Below, piece after piece: positions 9,286-17,961 of a stretch of DNA of 32,000 bases; within the stretch, counting starts at the first letter, position 1, and each line of letters opens with the position of its first letter. This DNA is from Nostoc sp. PCC 7120 = FACHB-418. Its GTDB lineage: Bacteria > Cyanobacteriota > Cyanobacteriia > Cyanobacteriales > Nostocaceae. The DNA lies in the NCBI RefSeq assembly GCF_000009705.1, contig NC_003272.1, positions 1,530,001-1,562,000 of the forward strand. The letters run 5' to 3'. A model generated the notes under the pieces. It saw only the letters and a list, made by a program, of their open reading frames with translations. It was not told the DNA's origin and did not search any database. The translations under genes and the position numbers were made by a program.

Positions 9286-9524
9286 GCGCAACATGATAGC
9301 TCAAAAGCAGAATCTACCATCAAACCTGGCATTAAAGGATGCCCGACTTGCCAACACAAATCAATTCTTTAAAAACTCGGCAACTGAGTTTACCAAAAGT
9401 TCGCCTTACTATTTACAATCAGATGTTACTCTTTGTCTGAGTGGAAGTTTGACTAGGTTTTCAGGTTAGTGCTTTTCATCGGGCTATTGATAACTTTAGC
9501 CGTGCATCCAATAGTTAGATATAG

Positions 9525-10037
<513 letters not shown>

Positions 10038-10089
10038 AATGCAGTATTAATTATTAGGCTGCTAGATTTTGATTATCTAGGAAAGGTGC

Positions 10090-11265
10090 ATGAGTAAGGC
10101 AATTAAGCTACCCCAAAAACTAATGTTGTTGGGGTCAGGTGAGTTGGGCAAAGAATTTGTCATTGCGGCTCAACGTCTTGGTAATTATGTGATAGCCGTT
10201 GACCGCTATGCCAATGCACCCGCGATGCAGGTTTCCGATTGTTGTGAAGTCATATCAATGCTTAGTGCTGATGATTTAGAAGCTGTAGTCACTAAGTATG
10301 AACCTGATTTTATCATACCAGAGATTGAAGCAATTAGAACAGAGAAACTACAGGAATTTGAAGACAGAGGTATCACTGTAATCCCCACTGCGGCAGCTAC
10401 CAATTATACAATGAACCGCGATCGCATCCGGGAATTAGCCCATGAAGAATTAGGTATTAGAACAGCGAAATACGGCTATGCTGTCACCTTAGAAGAATTG
10501 ATTGCTGTTTCTGATAATATAGGGTTTCCTAATGTAGTCAAACCTGTGATGTCGTCCTCAGGTAAAGGACAATCGGTAGTTGCCACAAAAGAGGAAGTAG
10601 AGAAAGCTTGGGATTATGCGATCGCTAATTCTCGTGGTGATAGTCAAAAAGTCATCGTCGAAGAATTTATCAACTTTGAAATTGAAATCACCCTCCTCAC
10701 CATTAAACAGTGGAATGCACCCACAATTTTCTGTTCACCCATCGGACACCGCCAAGAACGAGGCGATTATCAAGAATCTTGGCAACCGGCTGGTATTAGC
10801 GAAGATAAGATATTAGAAGCGCAAGCCATAGCCAAAACCGTCACCGATGCTTTAGGCGGTGCTGGCATATTTGGGGTAGAGTTTTTTATAACTAAAGACG
10901 AAGTAATTTTTTCTGAACTATCACCCCGTCCCCACGATACAGGCATGGTGACATTAATTTCACAAAACTTGAACGAATTTGAGTTACATCTTAGGGCAAT
11001 TCTCGGCTTACCAATTCCTAAAATAGAACAGTTAGGTTTCTGCGCCAGTGCAGTAATTTTAGCCTCAGAAAAATTGGATGCACCCCTGTTTACAGGTGTC
11101 GCCGAAGCCTTAGCCGAACCAGATGTAGACATCAGACTATTTGGTAAACCTACAGCACATCCTTATCGTCGTATGGGTGTAGCTTTAGCCAAAGCCGAGA
11201 ATGTGGAAACAGCTAGGGAGAAAGCGACAGATGCCGCGAGTAAAATTCACATAAGTAGTCAATAA
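10090..11265 (+). CDS. purT: Formate-dependent phosphoribosylglycinamide formyltransferase (GAR transformylase 2)
   Basis: LGSGELGKE, AVDRYANAPAM, PEIEAI, VKPVMSSSGKGQS, GHRQE.GDY.ESWQP, SPRPHDTGMVT and FGKP....RRMGVALA are colinear with E. coli PurT as I remember it. Confidence 0.93.
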   Translation: MSKAIKLPQKLMLLGSGELGKEFVIAAQRLGNYVIAVDRYANAPAMQVSDCCEVISMLSADDLEAVVTKYEPDFIIPEIEAIRTEKLQEFEDRGITVIPTAAATNYTMNRDRIRELAHEELGIRTAKYGYAVTLEELIAVSDNIGFPNVVKPVMSSSGKGQSVVATKEEVEKAWDYAIANSRGDSQKVIVEEFINFEIEITLLTIKQWNAPTIFCSPIGHRQERGDYQESWQPAGISEDKILEAQAIAKTVTDALGGAGIFGVEFFITKDEVIFSELSPRPHDTGMVTLISQNLNEFELHLRAILGLPIPKIEQLGFCASAVILASEKLDAPLFTGVAEALAEPDVDIRLFGKPTAHPYRRMGVALAKAENVETAREKATDAASKIHISSQ

Positions 11266-11399
11266 ATTGCTGACTACTGCGAAAAAACTCCCAAAGTTCC
11301 TAAAAATGCCCATATTTCAGAGGACAAATTTAGTTATGCAGGCATTATCCGATGAGACTATAATTGACTTGGGTTACCAAAGTCACGAGGATTATAAAA

Positions 11400-11852
11400 A
11401 TGGATGTTGAGAAACTCCGTGACGAAACAATAGAGATATCAGACATTACAGCCTGGAATAAAAATGGGCAAAAACTTTTAGTATCAAAAATTAGAGCCAG
11501 AGACATTCAAGAAGATATTAAATCCAAATTAGAAGAAATTCTCAAATTTGAATATAAGCATAATGGAGTTATAGTGCCTTATGCTATGACCGCTACTCGT
11601 GAAGAAATTAAGATTTTTGAATGGGATGGCAAACATCTCAAGGATATCTGCACCTTCCCAACTCATGAAATTATGTCTGAGTACGATGCAGAATTTAGTA
11701 ATAAGAGAATTTTTGAGTATTATCTAGAAACATTAGTTGAGGGATGGTTAAGAGATTTAGCTGAACACTGGAAAACTGATAATCCACCTAAATCACAAGA
11801 ATTAAAGCAGATAGGTTTCGTAGAAAAGCTAGCCGATGCGGCGGTAGAGTAA
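11400..11852 (+). CDS. Hypothetical protein (150 aa), first gene of a two-gene cassette
   Basis: ATG at 11400 lies 9 nt after GAGG (the track ORF starts at a TTG at 11364). No recognisable motif. It ends 15 nt before the next gene. Confidence 0.6.
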   Translation: MDVEKLRDETIEISDITAWNKNGQKLLVSKIRARDIQEDIKSKLEEILKFEYKHNGVIVPYAMTATREEIKIFEWDGKHLKDICTFPTHEIMSEYDAEFSNKRIFEYYLETLVEGWLRDLAEHWKTDNPPKSQELKQIGFVEKLADAAVE

Positions 11853-11867
11853 AGGGTAGTAATTTTA

Positions 11868-12527
11868 GTGATAACGCTTTATATCGAAACTAATTTCTTT
11901 ATTGGGTTTGCTAAAAGCCAGGATGAGGATTCTGAAAAATTAGTCACTAACATATCGCCAGATAGAAATACACTGACTAAAATTGTGACTCCTTCAATGT
12001 GTTGTATGGAATCTCTTTCTGTACTAAACCATGAAATTAGCAAAAGCAATCGTTTCCAAGATAATTTAGATCTTGAACGAAAGAAACTAAAAGGAGATAA
12101 AAACTCTCAATATTCCAGAGAAATCCAAAGATGCCTTCAAGAAGTAAAAATTAAAAATGAAGCGAGGTTGAATGAAATAAACAATCGCCTTGTTCAAGTT
12201 CTTGAATGGGCTACTATGAATGTAGAATTAATACAATTAAAACCAGATATACTGAGTACAAGTCTTCAAGAACAACTGATCGCCGATCAAACAGATAATC
12301 TTATTTTACATTGTATTCTTGATCACGCCCGAATTCATCAGAACACATCTCCAGATGATAAGAAAATTTTATTAACTGCAAACTCTAGAGACTTTGGTAC
12401 ACCAGAAATCAAGGAAATATTGCAGGGATCTGGTATCAAGTATCTTACTAGCACGGAAAAGTTTCTAGGTTGGCTGCAATCAAACAACATAGAAGCTTAC
12501 AATTCTCTACATTTAGACGTTTTGTGA
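11868..12527 (+). CDS. PIN-like domain protein with a ~70-aa helical insertion (putative nuclease/toxin component)
   Basis: GTG start. LYIETNFFIGF corresponds to PIN strand 1 with its acidic residue. MCCMESLSVL, DQTDNLILHCILDHA and LLTANSRDFG resemble the remaining PIN acidic positions and the terminal T.N..DF strand. Residues ~55-125 are Lys/Glu/Asn-rich and look coiled-coil-like. Confidence 0.5.
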   Translation: MITLYIETNFFIGFAKSQDEDSEKLVTNISPDRNTLTKIVTPSMCCMESLSVLNHEISKSNRFQDNLDLERKKLKGDKNSQYSREIQRCLQEVKIKNEARLNEINNRLVQVLEWATMNVELIQLKPDILSTSLQEQLIADQTDNLILHCILDHARIHQNTSPDDKKILLTANSRDFGTPEIKEILQGSGIKYLTSTEKFLGWLQSNNIEAYNSLHLDVL

Positions 12528-12714
12528 TTCCTATTAATTCAGAACACCATAAATTATATTATACAGCTTTAGCTTAAGTATGAATGTTTATGCAGAAATT
12601 TTAAAAACGATAGATCAAAAGATAAAATATCAGAGACATCGCATCGATGTATGTACCAGAAAGCGATCGCTAATTATTAACATAGATGAAGGTGTAGAAT
12701 TTTCCATCTAGGTT

Positions 12715-13293
12715 ATGAAGTCAGAACTGCCGATAATTGCGAGCGATCGCTTACTATTACGTATAGGTATTCAAGAAGATATCCCCAAAATTCTCAAATA
12801 CTTTCTAGAGAATAAAGATTATCTAACTCCATTCTATCCTACTTGGGTTGACCAGTTCTTTACAGCAGAATATTGGCACTATCAATTAGAAAATAACTTT
12901 TTAGAATTTATCCATGACCAGTCTTTAAAACTATTTATCTTTCCCAAAAAGCGGCCAACAGAAATTATCGGGACTATAAATTTTAATAATTTCGTCAAAG
13001 GTGCTGCCCATTTTTGTTATGTAGGATATAGCCTGGCAGAGGCAGAACAAGGTAAAGGCTATATGACAGAAGCTTTAAAAGCAGCGACTGATTATGTATT
13101 TCAAGACTTGAATTTCCACCGCGTTATGGCTCATTATATGCCCCATAATCAGCGTAGTGGTAACGTACTCAAAAGGCTAGGTTTTGTTGTGGAAGGTTAT
13201 GCCAGAGACTATTTATTAATTAATGGCAAATGGCAAGACCATATTTTAACTAGTCTCATTAACCCCAACTGGCAACAAAACGAAAATGGGTAA
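12715..13293 (+). CDS. GNAT family N-acetyltransferase (RimJ/RimL-like)
   Basis: GYSL..AEQGKGYMTEALKA is the acetyl-CoA motif A (Q..G.G). HRVMA....N.RS..VL.RLGF..EG is typical of RimJ/L-like GNATs. Confidence 0.85.
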   Translation: MKSELPIIASDRLLLRIGIQEDIPKILKYFLENKDYLTPFYPTWVDQFFTAEYWHYQLENNFLEFIHDQSLKLFIFPKKRPTEIIGTINFNNFVKGAAHFCYVGYSLAEAEQGKGYMTEALKAATDYVFQDLNFHRVMAHYMPHNQRSGNVLKRLGFVVEGYARDYLLINGKWQDHILTSLINPNWQQNENG

Positions 13294-13326
13294 TGAGTAA
13301 TTAAAATCAAACAATTACTCATTACC
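13289..13326. terminator. Perfect 14-bp stem hairpin between convergent genes (bidirectional terminator candidate)
   Basis: GGTAATGAGTAATT - AAAATCAAAC - AATTACTCATTACC. It overlaps the GNAT stop codon. Confidence 0.65.
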
Positions 13327-13340
13327 ACTAAAATTCTGAC

Positions 13341-14795
13341 TTACCCAAGCAAATCAGCTTTTTCCAATTCTTTGATTTCTTCAGATTGTTTAAATGCAAA
13401 ACGTAATAAAGGTGGAGCTAAGAAGGTTGTCAGAATCACCATAATAATGATTGCTGCTTGCAGAGGCTTATCTAAAGCACCACTAGCGGAACCAATACCA
13501 GCAAATACTAACCCTACTTCACCTCTGGGAATCATGCCCACACCAACTGCCAAGCGGTTAATTCCCGGTTGACCAAAAACAGCCCAACCAGTGACAATTT
13601 TACCAATAATCGCCACCACAATTAGAAAGGTAGCGATAATTAAACCTTCTCGATTCCCAGGAACCACAGGATTAAGCACACTTAAATCAACTTTGGCTCC
13701 AACGGTAACAAAGAAAATCGGCACTAAGATATCAGCAATGGGTTTTACTTGCTCATCTAGCTCTTTGCGTTTGTCAGTTTCATCTAAAACTAAACCAGCA
13801 GCAAAAGCACCCAAGATAGCTTCTAAGTGAATGGCATTACCCAAGAAAGCCATGAAAAATGCAAAGATAAATGCTGGGATAATTAAGTTACCGCGTGTTT
13901 GCAATTTATTAGCAATGGCAACAAAACTTTGATTGAAATATTTACCCAGAAGAATCGAGCCAATTAGAAAAACAGTGGCGCTGACAATTAAATAAATGAC
14001 GTTGAGAACATCAACTTCGCCAGTTTTCGCTAAACTAGCAACCACCGCCAACACAATAATTCCTAAAATGTCATCAATGACAGCTGCACCGACAATAATT
14101 TGTCCTTCTCTAGATTTTAGCTGTCCTAGTTCTGACAAAACTTTAGAAGTAATCCCAATACTAGTAGCAGTAAGCGCTGCACCTGCAAAAATTGCGGGAA
14201 TGACTGGAGCATGAAATATGGAAATCAATCCCACAGTACCAGCAGTAAAAGGAACTGCCACCCCCACGCAAGCTACTATTGTCGCTTGATAACCAACTTT
14301 CTGCAATTCTTTTAAATCTGATTCCAGACCAATTTCAAATAACAGAATGATGACACCTAATTCAGCCAGAACAGAAACAGCTTCACTCTGGCTTTGAAAA
14401 ATTGCTGTGACTGCATCTGGAGTGAGATTGTTAATAAATTGCAGGATAGTCATGATTACAGAATCGCCTGCAACTGCTCCGCTTTCAGGAAACACAACTA
14501 AATGTAGTGCGGACGCACCAACCAATACACCTGCAACTAATTCACCTAAAACTGGAGGTAAGTCCACCAGCCGAGACAATTCGCCACCAATTTTACTAGC
14601 TAAATAAATCACTACTAAAGTTAGTAGTACGCCAGTCAAGACAATGGGGGCATTTTCCGCCTCATTTGTGGTTGCTAGTAAGGGCGAGTTTAATGTTAGA
14701 GCCAGGGAATTTACCCACGGAACTGAATTAGTGATTGATTCTATAAAAATCATGTTTTGCGTCTGTTTTACTGATGATTGCTTGGGCTGATTCAA
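13341..14795 (-). CDS. Cation:proton antiporter (Na+/H+ exchanger family, CPA-type)
   Basis: Polytopic membrane protein of about 12-13 TM segments with GGELSRLV.LP.VLGELVAGVLVG, LLFEIGLE and IPRGEVGLVFA. No KTN/TrkA domain. It lies 69 nt downstream of the bicA-like gene on the same strand. The start may instead be an internal Met at 14753. Confidence 0.85.
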   Translation of the reverse strand: MNQPKQSSVKQTQNMIFIESITNSVPWVNSLALTLNSPLLATTNEAENAPIVLTGVLLTLVVIYLASKIGGELSRLVDLPPVLGELVAGVLVGASALHLVVFPESGAVAGDSVIMTILQFINNLTPDAVTAIFQSQSEAVSVLAELGVIILLFEIGLESDLKELQKVGYQATIVACVGVAVPFTAGTVGLISIFHAPVIPAIFAGAALTATSIGITSKVLSELGQLKSREGQIIVGAAVIDDILGIIVLAVVASLAKTGEVDVLNVIYLIVSATVFLIGSILLGKYFNQSFVAIANKLQTRGNLIIPAFIFAFFMAFLGNAIHLEAILGAFAAGLVLDETDKRKELDEQVKPIADILVPIFFVTVGAKVDLSVLNPVVPGNREGLIIATFLIVVAIIGKIVTGWAVFGQPGINRLAVGVGMIPRGEVGLVFAGIGSASGALDKPLQAAIIIMVILTTFLAPPLLRFAFKQSEEIKELEKADLLG

Positions 14796-14864
14796 AATAA
14801 TTAGTAATCCATAATCAAATTATGAATTACTAATTAGCACTAGTGAAAATTGGAAATGTTTTAG

Positions 14865-16586
14865 TTAATTTGGATAGGCGTAAGAATCAGGGTCATTACC
14901 TTGATTAGTAAGAGCATTTACGCCAGTAGCACCTGTGCCATTAGATTTAACTATGGCGACACCTTGCTTCAGGGCTTCCACCCGGTCTACGAACATATAA
15001 TGTGCAGGTACAAACCGCATAATGCCAAACTTTTCTAAGCGCCGTTTGACCTTACCGGCCGCACCTACAATCAACACTTGACGACCTTGCTCACTAGCAT
15101 CTTTGATGGCGTTTTCAATCGCCAAAGAGGCCGTTATACCCAACATGGGTACGTCGCTCAAGTCTACAATCAGCACATCGGAGTCTGCCATCGCTGTATG
15201 TTCACGAGCGATCGCTTTAGATACCCCAAAGATCATCGGCCCACTCAAGTAAAATAGCAGAATGCGTCCATTGGCTTGATCGAGCAATCCTTTTTCTTCA
15301 TCACTTAAGACAATTGCATCATCAGTATCACTAATTGTCTTCACATCCTGTGATTGCAATTCAGAAAGACGCTCGATAGTCAAGATATTAGCAATGAACA
15401 CACCCACACCGACAGCAACAATCAAGTCAACAAATACGGTTAAGAATAATACACCGTACATGATGATTGTACCCTTGAGAGATACCTTATGAGCGCGTTT
15501 TAAGAAGCTCCAGTCAAGAATGTCAATCCCTACCTTGAGGGCAATACCAGCCAACACAGCCATCGGGATGGTTTCAGTTATATTCGCAGCCCATAAAACC
15601 ACAACTAACAAAATTAAGGCACGAGTGATACCTGATACAGCAGTTCGTGCGCCAGTTTGGATGTTAACTACTGTTCCCATTGTGGCACCTGCACCAGGTA
15701 ATCCACCACAAAGACCAGATACAAAGTTAGCAATACCTTGACCAATTAATTCCTTATCAGATTTATGTTCGGTACGAGTTAAACTGTCTGCAATCACCGC
15801 CGTCAGCAGGGTATCAATACAACCCAACAGTCCTAACATTGCACCATCAATAATCATCGTCGTGATTTGCGATGGGTTGAAGGTAGGCAATCGTAATTGG
15901 GGCAGCCCCATCGGGATTTCGCCAATTCGTCTAATCTCAACGTTGCCAAAAAAGACTAGAGAAACTACAGTAACTACAACTAATGCAACCAATTGAGGCG
16001 GTGCATAACGCTTGATTTTAGATGGCATTAAGAAAATAATTGCCAACGTCAGCACACCCAAAATTGTTTCTGCCGGATTGATTTTTGTCATCAAAATCGG
16101 CAGATTCTGCACCATCCCCAGCACGCCACCTTTTGGACTAGGCTGTCCAACAAACGGTGCAATTTGTAGAATAATTAGGATTACCCCAATCCCCGACATA
16201 AAGCCGGAAATCACACTGTAGGGCATGAGGGTAATATATTTACCTAGTTTAAATACCCCGAAGAAAATTTGGAATAATCCGGCCAGCATGACTACAGTAA
16301 ATGCCATTGCCAGACCGTTTTCTGGGTTACTAGCAGTCATGGAACTGACAATTGCAGTCATGACAACAGTCATCGGCCCGGTTGGTTCAGAAATCAAGGT
16401 TGGCGTTCCACCAAATAAGGCAGCAAAAAAACCAACGCAAACCGCACCATACAAACCAGCGACAGGCCCAGCACCAGAAGCAACACCAAATGCCAAGGCT
16501 AGCGGCAGAGATACAATTGCGGCAGTTAGACCACCGAATAGATCGCCTCGCAGATTATTAAAATTGATAGTATTGGTCAAGGACAT
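14865..16586 (-). CDS. bicA: SulP-family anion transporter with C-terminal STAS domain, BicA-type Na+-dependent bicarbonate transporter
   Basis: Near-colinear with my memory of Synechococcus PCC 7002 BicA: FNNLRGDLFGGLTAA, FGVASGAG, FFAALFGGTPTLISEPTGPMTVVM, ADSLTRTEH.S.KELIGQG, GAGATMGTVVNIQ and the STAS tail (LSGPMIFGV.KAIARE). I take the start as the ATG at 16586 (MSLTNTINF) rather than the track start at 16625. Confidence 0.8.
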   Translation of the reverse strand: MSLTNTINFNNLRGDLFGGLTAAIVSLPLALAFGVASGAGPVAGLYGAVCVGFFAALFGGTPTLISEPTGPMTVVMTAIVSSMTASNPENGLAMAFTVVMLAGLFQIFFGVFKLGKYITLMPYSVISGFMSGIGVILIILQIAPFVGQPSPKGGVLGMVQNLPILMTKINPAETILGVLTLAIIFLMPSKIKRYAPPQLVALVVVTVVSLVFFGNVEIRRIGEIPMGLPQLRLPTFNPSQITTMIIDGAMLGLLGCIDTLLTAVIADSLTRTEHKSDKELIGQGIANFVSGLCGGLPGAGATMGTVVNIQTGARTAVSGITRALILLVVVLWAANITETIPMAVLAGIALKVGIDILDWSFLKRAHKVSLKGTIIMYGVLFLTVFVDLIVAVGVGVFIANILTIERLSELQSQDVKTISDTDDAIVLSDEEKGLLDQANGRILLFYLSGPMIFGVSKAIAREHTAMADSDVLIVDLSDVPMLGITASLAIENAIKDASEQGRQVLIVGAAGKVKRRLEKFGIMRFVPAHYMFVDRVEALKQGVAIVKSNGTGATGVNALTNQGNDPDSYAYPN

Positions 16587-16723
16587 TTTGGCTAAAGCTG
16601 TAAAACAAATTTGGAAGATTGACAAAAACTTGAGCCGCTTTTAGTAAATTTCTTATTTTGTAGCCATGAAAAACCAAGCCAATAAAAAATAAACTTTTGG
16701 CGATCTCCAGTGTGGCGGCGATG

Positions 16724-16745
16724 CGCTATCAGCGACTCGCTATCA
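16724..16745. promoter_or_regulatory. 8-bp direct repeat CGCTATCA-N6-CGCTATCA in a GC-rich patch of the bicA upstream region
   Basis: Read directly from the sequence, 138-160 nt upstream of the bicA start. Any regulatory function is purely hypothetical. Confidence 0.25.
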
Positions 16746-17371
16746 TCGTGAATATCAAACAAAGAAAGATCTGACTAGACTCAAATACAAAAAAGTCCTA
16801 TTGGGACTGATTTAAACAGTAGTTTTTTATGGTTAGTATTGATATTCACAGATAACAGCTTACAGTGTTTTGCATCGATGTTGTGCATTTGCAATAGTTA
16901 TTATTAAAAGAATATTAAATTCATCCCATAGATAAAAACTTATACATCTTAAATAATCTTAGTTCCTATTAATATAGGACACTGATCTCTTCAATAAATC
17001 AGCATTATACCAGCATTAGCTTTTCTTATAGTTCTCTTAGGATATTGGAAAGCCAGAAAATATTTTTCTTGTCCATCTGATTCTGTCTTTATCCTTTAGC
17101 TTTACCTGAAATATCAACGGGGATCACAGGATAATAACCAGTTTTTCAGAAAGTTAATAAGTTCCTTGAATATATGAACTCACAAAATATGATGAATGGG
17201 GAGACAAATTTGCTTACTTAGTAGTCAAGCTCAGACAAGAATAGCAGAAGAAGAAAAGCGAACCAACTTAAAACTCTCTTGCCTGTTGAGTTATGAGTGG
17301 TGAATAACTAGACTATAGCCTAAGTAAACAAGAAATAAAGCAAGCAATTGGTCGTTAAATACGCCTTTTAT

Positions 17372-17418
17372 CAGAAAAAAACTTTAAAACTCCCCTATTT
17401 GAAGTAAGGAGAGTTTTT
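17372..17418 (-). terminator. Rho-independent terminator downstream of the zinc-ribbon ORF (T/A tracts on both sides, so possibly bidirectional)
   Basis: AAAACTCCCC - 12-nt loop - GGAGAGTTTT pairs at 9/10 positions. On the minus strand it is followed by TTTTAAAGTTTTTTT, and on the plus strand by TTTTTAT. Confidence 0.65.
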
Positions 17419-17440
17419 ATCTTGTACAAGCAGGTACTTT

Positions 17441-17713
17441 TTAGTTCCAGGGTGAAGGGATAGCTGTTGTGGATATTACCTTATTAGCCATCAACCTGAT
17501 TGCAGTTCTACCACAACTGGGACAAGTGAGTTCTAAAACTTGTGGGGAAACTCCTTCTACCTCACTTAATAACCCTTGTTTACAGTGCCAACATTCAAAA
17601 ATGACTCTGCTGACTGGTTGGTTACAGTCTAGTATTTTAACGTGTTGAAAGTTCCTAGTTTCGTTGTCTTGAGTTCTTGGCTTGTAAGATTTTTTAATTT
17701 CTTTAATTTCCAT
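17441..17713 (-). CDS. Small zinc-ribbon protein (90 aa), orphan
   Basis: Two CxxC knuckles (CWHC ... CPSC) 23 residues apart. A terminator hairpin follows immediately downstream. No further homology recognised. Confidence 0.55.
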   Translation of the reverse strand: MEIKEIKKSYKPRTQDNETRNFQHVKILDCNQPVSRVIFECWHCKQGLLSEVEGVSPQVLELTCPSCGRTAIRLMANKVISTTAIPSPWN

Positions 17714-17961
17714 ATCGTCTGTAAGTGCTGGTAATTTACATTACAAAATGACGTTCAAGGCATGAGTGGAAAATCCGTAGAAGAAAGGGAAGTGTTCAAA
17801 CCTTGGCTTTTTCTCTTTTCACGCTTTTTCACATAAAACTGGGTGTCCTTCGATTTTATTTGGGAGACTTGCTCAACTCAATACAAATGCGGAAATTAAC
17901 AATAAGACTGAGTAGATTATTTTATAAAAATTACAATCTCTGAAATCAACAGCGTACATTT

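Noticed and set aside
9278-9469. 63-aa ORF in the spacer between the ABC-F gene and the pentapeptide-repeat gene.
   Set aside because: It overlaps the ABC-F stop codon and has no ribosome-binding context or motif. Its composition is like non-coding DNA. I cannot exclude a small protein but cannot support one.
12580-12711. 43-codon ORF (MNVYAEILKTIDQKIKYQRHRIDVCTRKRSLIINIDEGVEFSI) between the PIN-like gene and the GNAT gene. A 33-codon ORF starts at 11320 and ends at 11409, overlapping the start of the first cassette gene.
   Set aside because: Both are short, with no ribosome-binding site or motif support. They are worth a look only if ribosome profiling or conservation data exist.
17731-17744. 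Perfect NtcA consensus GTA-N8-TAC (GTAATTTACATTAC) in the divergent promoter region of the orphan pair.
   Set aside because: About 8 such matches are expected by chance in 32 kb. It lies only 18 nt from the zinc-ribbon start codon. I find no TAN3T -10 box about 22 nt downstream in either direction.
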